This document shows, one piece after another, positions 38,452-48,322 of a DNA stretch of 64,000 bases; positions within the stretch are counted from its first letter, which is position 1, and each line of letters opens with the position of its first letter. The DNA is taken from NCBI GenBank assembly GCA_965248195.1, contig CBDFIQ010000002.1:2368001-2432000 (forward strand), written 5' to 3'. This stretch comes from Longimicrobiales bacterium (lineage in GTDB: Bacteria > Gemmatimonadota > Gemmatimonadetes > Longimicrobiales > Gaopeijiaceae). The translations under genes and the position numbers were made by a program. The notes below the pieces were generated by a model, which worked only from the letters and a program-made list of their open reading frames with translations, was not told the DNA's origin and did no database searches.

Positions 38452-41400
38452 TTATCTGAGCAGCGCGTCGTCCGCGATGACAAAACGGCCAAAAAGGCCG
38501 AATTGGAATTGGGAGGACCCCGACTGGAGCCCGACAAAGGACCGCCGATCCGTGTACGAAAGCTGGAGCCGAACGTCCATGCGGGATACGGCAGTCTCCA
38601 CCCGAAAAATCAGGCTCCGAATCAGCTCGTCCAGAAACGGGACACAATCCGCTCGGATAGCGGTGGTGCGACAGTTTCGATCCGACGCGTATTGTAAGAG
38701 CGCGGTCGTCGTAATCGGGCGCGTCAAGCGAGCCGCCAAAGCGGGCGGAGGACGCATCGAGGCCGTGAGCGAAACCGTATGATTTTCCCTGGTTCTCTCG
38801 GTTTCCCCAGTGGGGTCACCTCCCTCACCGCTCACGAATGAGCCTCGATAGCTCGTGGATATGCCACCGGCCCATACGAGGGCGATCTCAACCGGGATCC
38901 GTTCATCCAGCTGAAACCTTTCTTGCAGGCTAAACCCGCCGAAGGCGGTCTCTTGCCTGATGCGCTGGAACCCTGCAGATAGACTCACACGCCCGATCAA
39001 CCCCTGGTTCGGGAGGGGCAAATTCGCGAGCGAAACGTTTAGGTCGGGCCAGGTTTCGCGCCGGAGCCTGCGGTCAATCCGAGTGTCCAAGGTGTTCGCC
39101 GTCGTCAGACGGTAGTTCACGCCCACCCGAAACTCCGCAGGCAGGCGCACGCTGGATCGGATGTTCCAGCCGACCCGGTCCGTGAACGTCGTCGCGGTGT
39201 CCGCCCCCAATGCCGCATACTCATCCCGCCCTGCGAAGCCGAAGCGGTAGGAGAATTGCGGATCCACCGGATCGCGATCGAATATCGAGGTCACCCCGGC
39301 CTGGTAGGTGACCGTAATCGGGTCGATCGCATCCACCATCGCTCCTACCCCTCTGGCGAGGGCCGATCCCCCCGAGGACCCCTCGCCGGGCGGCCCGAGA
39401 ATCTCAGACGGAACCAACGTGATCTGGCCGGTGAAATCGCGGCGGCCGTTGACGTTGCGCACCAGCGCTAGGACCGTGTCGCCGACGGGGTCCGGGGAGC
39501 GATCTACAAAAGTCCCCGTGCGATGGCTGGAGTAAAACGTCTGCCAGCCTAGCGTGGTACGAATCCAATCGCCGAAACGTGGCTCATAGCTCATCCGCGT
39601 TCGCACGATCCTGTCGGTCTCCCACCCGAGATCGACATCCAAGAGCTTGAGCCGCTCGTCGGACAGTAAGTCCTGAACGGCAGGATCGACGACCGTTTTT
39701 TCCGCATCGAGAAGGTCCCGAACGGACACTAAATCCGCCTGAGCAGAAAACGTCTCGAACGGCCGGAAATCGATCTCGAAAGCACCATCGAGGGACTCCC
39801 GGGGCGACCGTGTGGGCTTCACCAGGGAGTCAGCGACCTGTTCGAGGATCTGGTCGAACCGCAAGGCCCGTTGACGGCTGCGGGCGTAGGACCCGCCGAA
39901 AGAAAGGCGCTCCGGACTCCACCGAAAGCGGCTGTCGACCACCGCATCCTCCCATGCGCGCGGGAGCAGCCAGCGTAGTACTGGCTTGAGGAATCCGGGC
40001 ACGATCCCGAAATCACGCCGACCCACGGCCCGACCATATCCGACGTGCCCATCCACGCCTGCTGCCGACCCGTCGGAGGTAATCGTTGTCGAACTGGCGG
40101 TGAAGTAACCGGCCCGTACTTCCAGGCCGTCGAGCAGAAGACCGATCACAGGATTCGCTGCCGGTGTACGCTTCCGAAACGCCACGTCGACACGGGTCCT
40201 CCTTGACCCCGGCTCCCTCAGATTCCGAACGTTGTCCGCCCGAACGTCACTCCCGGCGAGGAACTGTGGGTCCTGGTCGCTTCTCACGTGCGTCACGGTG
40301 ACGGGGATCTCGACCCCCCAATCCGTCGGAGCCATTCGGTCGAGGTTGAACGTCGACCCCACGGTTACTATTCGGTCCCCTTGAAACGTCGGGTTCTCCG
40401 TCAGCTGTCTGAAGAGCGCGCCACGGCCACTGACTGCCAGATGCGTTGTCCAGACGTCGGAGGCGTCTACATCCAGCGCGAGGTGAGAAGCCATCCCCGC
40501 GTCCCGGAACGGGGAAGAAAGCCTCATCTCGTTGATCCACACCTCTCCCCCTGTCGGGAAGCCCCCTTCGTTCCAGACCCCCATCGACAATTCCCGGACA
40601 GCCGCGAGGTTGGGGGCTCGTGCCCGGTCCTTGAGTACAATCGCGTACGTCGAATCCCGTGCCCAAAGTTCGAGCGGGGGGTCTCCGGGGCCGCGTGGGT
40701 CGAACATGAGGCTCTCCTCCGCTTTTCGTCGAAGGTCGATCCACTCCTCGAAGTCGATGACGATTTCGGGGAGCCAACCCTCGGGAGTGATCTGCTCCGG
40801 ATTCGGCACCGGTTGAAGCGGTGTTCGATAGAGATAGAAGTTCTCGGCGTCCTCTCCGACCTTCACGAAGAATGACAGGGGCACGGTGGCCCCCCAATCG
40901 CCCCTGCGCGCGAGCGCCCACAGCTTGAGCTCCCGATAGGGCAGAAAATCCCTCGGACGCTGGGGAAACCGGTTGAAGACCTCCGCCCGGGATCCAGGCT
41001 GCACACCCTCATATTCCAGCTTGAGACCCTTTTCGTTGAACTCCCTGCCCAATCCACCGAAGGCAGCCGAAGGATCGTCCAATTCCTCGATCACCCCTGG
41101 GGGCGCCTGGTACGTGTCTCCCTCGGTGACGCCACTCACGGGGCCCACCTCGGCGCGCCCGAGCATGCTCACCGTATCACCCACGATGCCGTCCAGGACG
41201 CCCGACTCGGCTCGCTTCACCCAATGGGCTCCGACCAAGCGCATCCGAAACAGCGTGACGCTTTGGCGGAGCCGACCCGCGACCGTCAGGCGCATGTGTT
41301 TCACCGCTCGAAAGTCGGCCTCAGAGAAGGGTCCGGGCACCTCGGTGACAGCCCCCCCCCGAATCGGAATCCGATAGAGCTGGAACTCGGTCCCCGTTTC

Positions 41401-44400
41401 CGCCTGGTTGCGTACCAGAAACGGGGATGAGCCGTCCAGCCGAACCACGAACCGCAGGTAACGCTCGAGCCCGTCCAGGTTACCGTCCCCGTCCAGATCT
41501 TCGGTATCCTGAACGCCATTGCCGCGCGTGCAGTTCGCCCTCCGGTCACCGAGATCGTAGACGCCTCCGGGCTTCGCCTGGCAGGCCTCTCCCCATACAC
41601 CTCTCTGGTCGGCGTCATCACTCCAGACTTCCCCGAGGCGCGGGTCCGCCTCGTGATCGAGACGCCCGAGTCCCCATGGGGCACCGCCTTCCTTCACCCC
41701 CGCAGTGCGGCCCTGGTCATCGATGAACATCGCGTCCTCGCCGACTACACCCAGGTCGATCACGAGGCTGAGGGAATCGCCCTCCGCCGCGTAAAACTCC
41801 AGCGACTCTGTCTTGCTGAGGTCCATCCCGGTGGCGCTCAAGCTGGTCGTAATAGACCGCCAGGATGGCTCCGTCGTACTGCTGGGACTCGGAGTGAACG
41901 TCATTACCATGCCCGACTCACGGGGCTGGCTCCCGACGACGTTGATCTGGTGATCGACATCGACTTCCGGGATAAAGCCGACGAACACACCGGAGCTGTC
42001 CTGTTCGGGCCCCCGGACCACCCAGGTATGTTGCCAAACGAGACGCGCCGCCCCTGACTCGTTCACCGGAAGCGGCAAGACGGCTTCCGCCCCGTCGCGG
42101 AAAGCCGGGGCGCTACCCAGGACCCAATCGGGAGTGTCGAGAGAGAGAGCCCGCTCATTGGACGCATCGAAGTCGTCCAGAAACACGTCAGCGCGAATGT
42201 TCGGATTGGGAAGCGAGAGGGCGACTTCCCCCTCCAGGCCAACTCTGGAGGGCCGCCCCACACGCAGCCCTGGAATTTTCTCCAGCAACCGGTCGAGGCC
42301 ACTCGCCGGGAAGTCGAAATCCATGCTCAGTCCACTCAGCGTGATCGCCGCCGCTTCGGTTCCCAACTGGGGCCGATTGACCAACGCCTGCTCACTCTGG
42401 CGGAGAGCCAGTATGTTGAACCCCCCGAAGGGACCGGCCCGGATGCCGCCGTTAAAGCCGAAGACGGAGGTCGGTGTGACCTGGAAGATCGACTTCTGCT
42501 CCCACGAGGCACGCACGACCGGCTCGGACGCGGTGGCGAACAGAGCCTCCGGCTGGGTCAACGTCACCTGCCCGATCGTGTAGTCGATGGTATAGTCGAT
42601 GTCTCGGGCCAGAAGACGATCTCCAAGGAAGACGCGTTCTGACTCGCCACGGATACCCAGCGCACCCAGCGAGAAGGAGGAGATGACGCCTCGGCTTCGA
42701 AGTTCGAAGGGGATGGTCAGGCGGTAGAGCCCGCCGCTCTCCCGCAGGAAAGGATCTTCGGCTTCGTAGATCGTCGGGTTCCCATCGAGCCCCAGAATCT
42801 GCGCCGTTTCCCCCGCGGTGAGGCCGAGCACCGGCACGGGTGGAGGGGCCTGGAATGGGCGGAGCGTCGGAAAGAAGATGAACACACCCGGAACCACGGG
42901 CTGCTCCAGAAGAAACTCGTCGGCCCACCGGTGGAGTCCGGCCGGATCGAGTGCGTCTACAGGTGCCTCCTCGTCCAAGCCGAAGAGCCTCAGGAACGTC
43001 ACATCCCTCCCGGCGAGATCCCGCGTGAAGGTACGACCCGCGCTGAGCTCCCCCAAAGAGATGGACAATCCGACCGATGACGGATCGACGTCGGTGGACG
43101 AGGAGACACGGTAAACCTGGTGCATCTCCTGATCCCAGGTGGGCAGGCCCGGTCTGTGGTTGGCCCTCGACGCCTGCAAAAGCTTGAGCGAGGGGCGCCG
43201 GCCGGCGTTGTAGACTCGCTCGGGATTGTACGTGCCGATCGTGTCACCCGTCGCCGAGACGTAAGTCACGGCGAGCATCTCGTCCCGGCCAAGGGGCCGC
43301 CTCAGAGCCACCCACAATCCGCTCGAATGAATCGAATAGTCGACGCCTGGTTGAAGGAAGCGGAACCACCCGGATTCCTCAACAGTAATTCCGTCCCGGC
43401 TCGCGAACCCGTCCGCCTGGATGAGCCCATCCACCTGCTGGCGTGTAACGGGGTCGGTTTCGAAACGATAGAGCTGAACCGGGTCCACCCCGGGCACGAC
43501 GTCCAGGGGTGCCAAAGACGGATCCAAGGCCAGAACATCGATGTGCGGGCTGCGATCGATCTCCGCAGGGTCGACCAGAAAAAAGAATTGGCCCCGTACG
43601 TAGTCCGCGTCGTCAAGGACGAGCGTGTCGACCTGGACGAAATTCTCTTGGCCGGGGCCCCCGCTCAAACGGAATTCTCGACTCGACACGTCGCCCGTTT
43701 GCTGAGCCCAGACACTTCTGAAATCCAGGGGACCCGCCTGCCCCGTCGCCAGGAAACCGAAGTTTCCGGCGGGGACGCCTTCGGTCAGAAAGCGTGACCT
43801 GGGAAGAGCGAAGGTGACGTCCCCCAACTCCACCGTCTTCAGGACCGCGTCGTCGTCACCCTGATAGAAAATGTTGAGGTTGTTGGCAGCCGAAAATTCA
43901 CGCGCCTGATCGAAGTCCACATCCAGTGTGATACGATCGGCGATCGTTCCCGCCGCCCGAACAGCGAACTGAATATCGGGGCTGAGCCGCGGGAGCAGGC
44001 CGGGTTCGCAGGAAAACTGCACCCTTGTATCGCAAGGGCGAAACCGGGTCCAATCACCGCCCAATTCGCCCTGACCAACGATCTCGAAAACCAGATCTGC
44101 GAATTCACTCGCCAACCCGGTGTCCGTTGGCACACCAGCGGGTAGGGGCGGGGCCGGTGCGGAGGGTTCGAAAAGGGTCCTCCGCCTCAGGGCCATCCGC
44201 CGCCGGATCAGCGTCGGTCCCCGAGCCACCACCCAACGAGACAAATTCGGCGTGGGCCCATCGGTGACGATCGTGGGAGCGTCAAAATCGATCGGCACAA
44301 GGAGTGGAATCGGCTTCAGGCCAATTCGACCGACCGTATACCGTCGCTGCCCTTGCTGGCCCGGAAAAGGTGAAAGAAAAGCGGGTAGCTCGAGCTCGGT

Positions 44401-44502
44401 TGGCTGAAGGCGAACCGTGTCCGGGAGCGCCGTGGCTGCTTGCCCATGAGCTGCCCGGGGAGCGATCATCGTGAGGGCCAGAGTGGCCAGCATCAGAGCC
44501 AT
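38452..44502 (-). CDS. sprA: SprA/Sov-like very large outer-membrane beta-barrel protein (2016 aa)
   Basis: Signal peptide; G.I..RI..DVDFD, E.V......L....DYTIDY..G, DTEDLDGDG.LD, KVG.D.ENFY.YR, GEVWINEMRL motifs recalled from SprA; C-terminal amphipathic strands. Confidence 0.75.
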   Translation of the reverse strand: MALMLATLALTMIAPRAAHGQAATALPDTVRLQPTELELPAFLSPFPGQQGQRRYTVGRIGLKPIPLLVPIDFDAPTIVTDGPTPNLSRWVVARGPTLIRRRMALRRRTLFEPSAPAPPLPAGVPTDTGLASEFADLVFEIVGQGELGGDWTRFRPCDTRVQFSCEPGLLPRLSPDIQFAVRAAGTIADRITLDVDFDQAREFSAANNLNIFYQGDDDAVLKTVELGDVTFALPRSRFLTEGVPAGNFGFLATGQAGPLDFRSVWAQQTGDVSSREFRLSGGPGQENFVQVDTLVLDDADYVRGQFFFLVDPAEIDRSPHIDVLALDPSLAPLDVVPGVDPVQLYRFETDPVTRQQVDGLIQADGFASRDGITVEESGWFRFLQPGVDYSIHSSGLWVALRRPLGRDEMLAVTYVSATGDTIGTYNPERVYNAGRRPSLKLLQASRANHRPGLPTWDQEMHQVYRVSSSTDVDPSSVGLSISLGELSAGRTFTRDLAGRDVTFLRLFGLDEEAPVDALDPAGLHRWADEFLLEQPVVPGVFIFFPTLRPFQAPPPVPVLGLTAGETAQILGLDGNPTIYEAEDPFLRESGGLYRLTIPFELRSRGVISSFSLGALGIRGESERVFLGDRLLARDIDYTIDYTIGQVTLTQPEALFATASEPVVRASWEQKSIFQVTPTSVFGFNGGIRAGPFGGFNILALRQSEQALVNRPQLGTEAAAITLSGLSMDFDFPASGLDRLLEKIPGLRVGRPSRVGLEGEVALSLPNPNIRADVFLDDFDASNERALSLDTPDWVLGSAPAFRDGAEAVLPLPVNESGAARLVWQHTWVVRGPEQDSSGVFVGFIPEVDVDHQINVVGSQPRESGMVMTFTPSPSSTTEPSWRSITTSLSATGMDLSKTESLEFYAAEGDSLSLVIDLGVVGEDAMFIDDQGRTAGVKEGGAPWGLGRLDHEADPRLGEVWSDDADQRGVWGEACQAKPGGVYDLGDRRANCTRGNGVQDTEDLDGDGNLDGLERYLRFVVRLDGSSPFLVRNQAETGTEFQLYRIPIRGGAVTEVPGPFSEADFRAVKHMRLTVAGRLRQSVTLFRMRLVGAHWVKRAESGVLDGIVGDTVSMLGRAEVGPVSGVTEGDTYQAPPGVIEELDDPSAAFGGLGREFNEKGLKLEYEGVQPGSRAEVFNRFPQRPRDFLPYRELKLWALARRGDWGATVPLSFFVKVGEDAENFYLYRTPLQPVPNPEQITPEGWLPEIVIDFEEWIDLRRKAEESLMFDPRGPGDPPLELWARDSTYAIVLKDRARAPNLAAVRELSMGVWNEGGFPTGGEVWINEMRLSSPFRDAGMASHLALDVDASDVWTTHLAVSGRGALFRQLTENPTFQGDRIVTVGSTFNLDRMAPTDWGVEIPVTVTHVRSDQDPQFLAGSDVRADNVRNLREPGSRRTRVDVAFRKRTPAANPVIGLLLDGLEVRAGYFTASSTTITSDGSAAGVDGHVGYGRAVGRRDFGIVPGFLKPVLRWLLPRAWEDAVVDSRFRWSPERLSFGGSYARSRQRALRFDQILEQVADSLVKPTRSPRESLDGAFEIDFRPFETFSAQADLVSVRDLLDAEKTVVDPAVQDLLSDERLKLLDVDLGWETDRIVRTRMSYEPRFGDWIRTTLGWQTFYSSHRTGTFVDRSPDPVGDTVLALVRNVNGRRDFTGQITLVPSEILGPPGEGSSGGSALARGVGAMVDAIDPITVTYQAGVTSIFDRDPVDPQFSYRFGFAGRDEYAALGADTATTFTDRVGWNIRSSVRLPAEFRVGVNYRLTTANTLDTRIDRRLRRETWPDLNVSLANLPLPNQGLIGRVSLSAGFQRIRQETAFGGFSLQERFQLDERIPVEIALVWAGGISTSYRGSFVSGEGGDPTGETERTRENHTVSLTASMRPPPALAARLTRPITTTALLQYASDRNCRTTAIRADCVPFLDELIRSLIFRVETAVSRMDVRLQLSYTDRRSFVGLQSGSSQFQFGLFGRFVIADDALLR

Positions 44503-44556
44503 GAATCGGCCACTTCGCTGGGATCGGATCCTGCGGTACGGTGTAGGGGGGTCGAC

Positions 44557-46005
44557 ATGAGAATCATCACCAAATACTTAATCCGCGCACACGCCGGACC
44601 GTTTCTTTTTGCATTCTCAGCTCTCACCGCGCTCCTTTTTCTGAACGCGGTCGCCCAACGGATGGACGACATCGTCGGAAAGGGACTCGCCTGGAGTGTG
44701 ATCGGGGAGTTCATGCTCCTGTCTCTCCCTCACACGATCGCCCTCACGCTCCCAATGGCCATCCTGGTATCTGTACTGTACACGTTCAGCGAGCTCACCG
44801 CCGCCAACGAAATCACCGCCATGGCGGCGGGCGGTATCAGACCGCTTCGGATTCTTCTCCCACTCCTAGGGGTCGGTACAATCCTCGCATGCGTGATGCT
44901 GTTTTTCAACGACCAAGTGCTCCCGGAGGCCAACCATAGACTCAAGAATCTGATCATCGACATCTCCCAGAAGAGTCCCACCTTCGAGCTGCGCGAGCGG
45001 GTCATCAATCAGATCGAGACCGAGGATCGAGGCGGCGCAGTGTACCTTCAAGCAGCGGGTATCCACCGCGCCACGAACGAGATGACGGAGGTTGTCATTT
45101 ACGATCTGAGCGACCCGCGCGCTCACCGAACGACCTATGCAGCGCATGGAACGATGGCGTTCAGCGAGAGTCGCACCGACCTGTACCTCACACTCTACGA
45201 TGGCTACGTCCTCGAAGCCGGCCAAACCCGCTCCGGTGAATTCAACCGGTCGGAATTCGAGGTCCAAATCGTTCCTCTGCGGGGGGTCGGAGACGAACTC
45301 GAGCGCAGAGAGGGGGGCAGCGTACGAAGCGACCGCGAGATGTCCATCGCGTTGTTGAGGACTGAGATCGACCGCCGGGCCGAGGATCTCGACCGGGTTC
45401 GTCAACAAAGTCTCGAACAAGCCCAAAAGGCGATCACGGACGCGCTTGGGTATCCCCCGCCGGAGCTGCCCAGGAGCGACGAGGCGGAATCGGCTTCCCG
45501 AGGTGGAGGGGGCTCCGAAATCACGCGGAGCCTCGGCCGACGGTTCTTCAGCACCACCGATGATCTCACTCAGCAAACGGCGTTGGCCGGCCGCCAGAAC
45601 TTCGGCCGCCTCTCGGCGCTTCAGTCGGCATCGGATCAGTTCCGTGTGGAGATCCATAAGAAATACGCTATCGCATTCGCGTGTATCGTGTTCGTCCTGA
45701 TGGGCGCCCCATTGGGCATCCGATTCCCACGGGGCGGGATCGGTATGGTCATCGTCGCTTCGGTCGCCATCTTCGCCGTGTACTGGGCCGGCCTGATTGG
45801 CGGAGAGAACCTGGCCAATGAGGGCATGGTGACCCCGTTTTGGGCCATGTGGACGGCCGACCTCGTCTTCCTCGGTCTCGGCATCGCGCTGGCCGCACGC
45901 ATGAGCCGAACCGCGAGCACCAATCGCGGGGGCGGCCTCAGCGAGGTGCTGTTCAACCTCTCGAGTTGGGGGCGCAGGATGGCGACCCTTTATCGCAAGG
46001 CATGA
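44557..46005 (+). CDS. lptF: LPS export permease LptF family
   Basis: Start ATG 44557 (MRIITKYL); LP...LTLPMAIL, NEITAM.AGG, EIHKKYA, GAPLG. Confidence 0.88.
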   Translation: MRIITKYLIRAHAGPFLFAFSALTALLFLNAVAQRMDDIVGKGLAWSVIGEFMLLSLPHTIALTLPMAILVSVLYTFSELTAANEITAMAAGGIRPLRILLPLLGVGTILACVMLFFNDQVLPEANHRLKNLIIDISQKSPTFELRERVINQIETEDRGGAVYLQAAGIHRATNEMTEVVIYDLSDPRAHRTTYAAHGTMAFSESRTDLYLTLYDGYVLEAGQTRSGEFNRSEFEVQIVPLRGVGDELERREGGSVRSDREMSIALLRTEIDRRAEDLDRVRQQSLEQAQKAITDALGYPPPELPRSDEAESASRGGGGSEITRSLGRRFFSTTDDLTQQTALAGRQNFGRLSALQSASDQFRVEIHKKYAIAFACIVFVLMGAPLGIRFPRGGIGMVIVASVAIFAVYWAGLIGGENLANEGMVTPFWAMWTADLVFLGLGIALAARMSRTASTNRGGGLSEVLFNLSSWGRRMATLYRKA

Positions 46006-47075
46006 TCAGGATTCTGGATATGCTGATCGCGCGGACGTTCCTGCGCATCTTCGTACTATTCGTCCTCGGCGCCCCCCTCTTGTTCATTGTCGGTGACATC
46101 GTTGAACAGGTGGACCGGTACTTCGACCGGGGACTTACGGTGGGCGAGGTCGCCACCGCCTACGTTTTCATGCTCCCAGAGTTCATCTCCTGGTCCTTCC
46201 CGATCGCAGCGCTGATCGCGGCAGTGTTCACCATCCACTCCATGACCCAGCATCGAGAGGTCCTTGCTGCCAAGGCCGGGGGGATTTCATTTCACCGCTT
46301 GATGGCGCCGCTCGTAGTGGTAGGACTGGTCCTGACCGGGGCCGGACTCATCCTCAGCGAGTTGGTGCCGGTGGCCAAGCGACGCTCCGGACAGATTCTC
46401 CGCAGCGAAGAGGTCGGACGCCAATGGCGCGCCGATTTCGTGTTCAAGACCGACGACGACCGGACGCTGACGGTGAGAAGACTCAACCTCTTCCCACCGT
46501 CGATGACCCAGGTGGTCCTGGAGGTTCCTGCCGGCTCGAATGGGGAGGCGGCACAGCATCTCCAGGCGAGTCGAGCGCCCTTCGACAACGTACGGGGATG
46601 GAAGTTCGAAAACGGGTATCTTCGCATCCTTCCCGACCGGGCGGCTCCTCTGACGTTTTACTTCGACTCGCTCAGGTCGATTAGCTTCGGCGAGCCTCCA
46701 AGGGGTCTCCTCGCGCGGCCCGACGACGAAGACGAGATGACCGACTCCGAAATCGACCGCATGGTGGCCAACATCACGCGCTCGGGCGGCGACGCGAGCA
46801 CGCTGTTGGTCGAGAAGGGGCAACGGAAGGCCATCGCGGTAGCGACGTTGGTGATCATTCTGTTCGGTGCGCCGCTCGCCACGAGCTCACGGCCGGGGGG
46901 AGCCGCCTACGGAATCGGGGTCGCGCTGGGGTCCACGATCCTCTACCTGCTCCTGTTCCGGTTGGCGGGAGCCGCAGGCCAGTCCGGAGCCCTCTCACCG
47001 GTACTGTCCGCCTGGCTTCCCAACGTGCTGTTCCTGGCGTGCGGACTCATCCTCCTAAAGCGGGTGAGGACTTGA
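46002..47075 (+). CDS. lptG: LPS export permease LptG family
   Basis: ATGA overlap with lptF; E.LA.KAGGIS, GAPL, L.P.L.AWLPN. Confidence 0.88.
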   Translation: MIRILDMLIARTFLRIFVLFVLGAPLLFIVGDIVEQVDRYFDRGLTVGEVATAYVFMLPEFISWSFPIAALIAAVFTIHSMTQHREVLAAKAGGISFHRLMAPLVVVGLVLTGAGLILSELVPVAKRRSGQILRSEEVGRQWRADFVFKTDDDRTLTVRRLNLFPPSMTQVVLEVPAGSNGEAAQHLQASRAPFDNVRGWKFENGYLRILPDRAAPLTFYFDSLRSISFGEPPRGLLARPDDEDEMTDSEIDRMVANITRSGGDASTLLVEKGQRKAIAVATLVIILFGAPLATSSRPGGAAYGIGVALGSTILYLLLFRLAGAAGQSGALSPVLSAWLPNVLFLACGLILLKRVRT

Positions 47076-47095
47076 GCTCTCGCCCCGCTTCTTCA

Positions 47096-48001
47096 TCAGC
47101 TTCCACGAAGCGCTGCTAGAAACTCCAGAAACCCTCCGGTCAGGCTCCCTCCGGACACCTCCTGCACGGGTCCGGTGAGGGTGATTTCCATCGCCGTCGT
47201 GACGGTGACCTCCATGCTGCCACCCTCCATGCGAACCTCGAACTGGCCGGGTGTGGCCCTTCCCGACTTCACCGCGGCGGCCGCGACCGCGCAGGCCGAC
47301 GTTCCCGAGGCGGAGGTCGGTCCCACCCCTCTCTCCCAAATTCGCGCCTCCAGGGTTTGGCCGTCGAGTACGCGGGCGACCTGGACGTTGGTACCGTCAG
47401 CGAAGGCAGGGTGCACGGAAATTTCTGGCCCGATTTCGTTTATGAGCTCGGGCTCCCACTCCTCGGGAAAGACGACCGCATGGGGATTTCCGATCGACAC
47501 GGGATGGACGATCGGGCTTCCGGCCCCACCGAGATCGAGTCTATGGTCCGCGTCCAAGGCTCCAGGGTCGAGTCCCACGGCTTGGTGTCCATGGCCGGCC
47601 CGTCCCATCTCCGCTGAAACCTCGTACAGGCCTCGTTCCGGGGGACCAAACACATGCAGACGAACCGTATCCCCTCCCACCGACACGTCGAAAGGTTCGT
47701 CGCCCACCAGCCCCTCGCGGGCCAAATAGGCCGCTAGAATCCGGAGGCCGTTGCCGCTCCTCTCGAACTCAGAGCCGTCCGGATTGAACATACGGAGGGG
47801 AAACGGCCGGCTGTCCCGATCGAGAAGGAGCACGATTCCGTCGCTCCCGGGGCCCCTCCAGCGGTCACAGACCGCGATGATCCCCCCGGCGTCGAGCACC
47901 CATTCGTCACCGGCCTCGAATACTAGGTAGTCGTTTCCGAGGCCATGCGCCTTGAAGAACGACGAGCCAGCGCCTGCTGTGTCCCGATCTGGAAGAGTCA
48001 C
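47096..48001 (-). CDS. dapF: Diaminopimelate epimerase
   Basis: KAHGLGNDY, NPDGSEFERSGNG, GNPH, TNV, ERGVG.T.ASGT; Ser at both usual catalytic Cys positions. Confidence 0.85.
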   Translation of the reverse strand: MTLPDRDTAGAGSSFFKAHGLGNDYLVFEAGDEWVLDAGGIIAVCDRWRGPGSDGIVLLLDRDSRPFPLRMFNPDGSEFERSGNGLRILAAYLAREGLVGDEPFDVSVGGDTVRLHVFGPPERGLYEVSAEMGRAGHGHQAVGLDPGALDADHRLDLGGAGSPIVHPVSIGNPHAVVFPEEWEPELINEIGPEISVHPAFADGTNVQVARVLDGQTLEARIWERGVGPTSASGTSACAVAAAAVKSGRATPGQFEVRMEGGSMEVTVTTAMEITLTGPVQEVSGGSLTGGFLEFLAALRGS

Positions 48002-48060
48002 TACCCGCTACCCATCGTCCGTGTCCGTGGTCGTTTTTCCGGCTCGTGGGAGGCCACGTC

Positions 48061-48091
48061 CGCCACCCACTGTACCCATTCAACAGCCTTC
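48061..48091. mobile_element. Solo terminal remnant of the structured repeat
   Basis: CGCCACCCACTGTACCCATTCAACAGCCTTC versus element end CGCGGCCCACTGTACTCCTTCAACAGCCTTC. Confidence 0.7.
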
Positions 48092-48187
48092 AAGGCGTAC
48101 CGCGTGGAGGACGGGCGCGCAACCGCGGAGCCAGCGAGCCCTAGGAATCGCTCCACCGAGGCACTACCTTTTGGGGAGACGTTGGAA

Positions 48188-48235
48188 GGGGTGATTTGAG
48201 GCGTATTGCGGCCCGACACAAACCGCTAAAAAGCC
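48188..48235 (+). ncRNA. SAM-II (SAM-V-like pocket) riboswitch aptamer
   Basis: GGGT-GATTT-GA-GGC-GTATTGC-G-GCCC...GCTAAAAA-GCC matches the SAM-II pseudoknot core (UGAUUU..GUAUUGC..GCUAAA); located upstream of metH. Confidence 0.8.
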
Positions 48236-48322
48236 AGACCTCGACGCGGAACGATCGCGACGGGGTTTTGAAATTCGGACCTCCCCTCCCCGCATGACTC
48301 CGAGAGGCGAGATACGAGATCC

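Noticed and set aside
48001..48219. 72-aa ORF upstream of dapF
   Set aside because: Overlaps the repeat remnant and the antisense of the riboswitch; no recognisable motif
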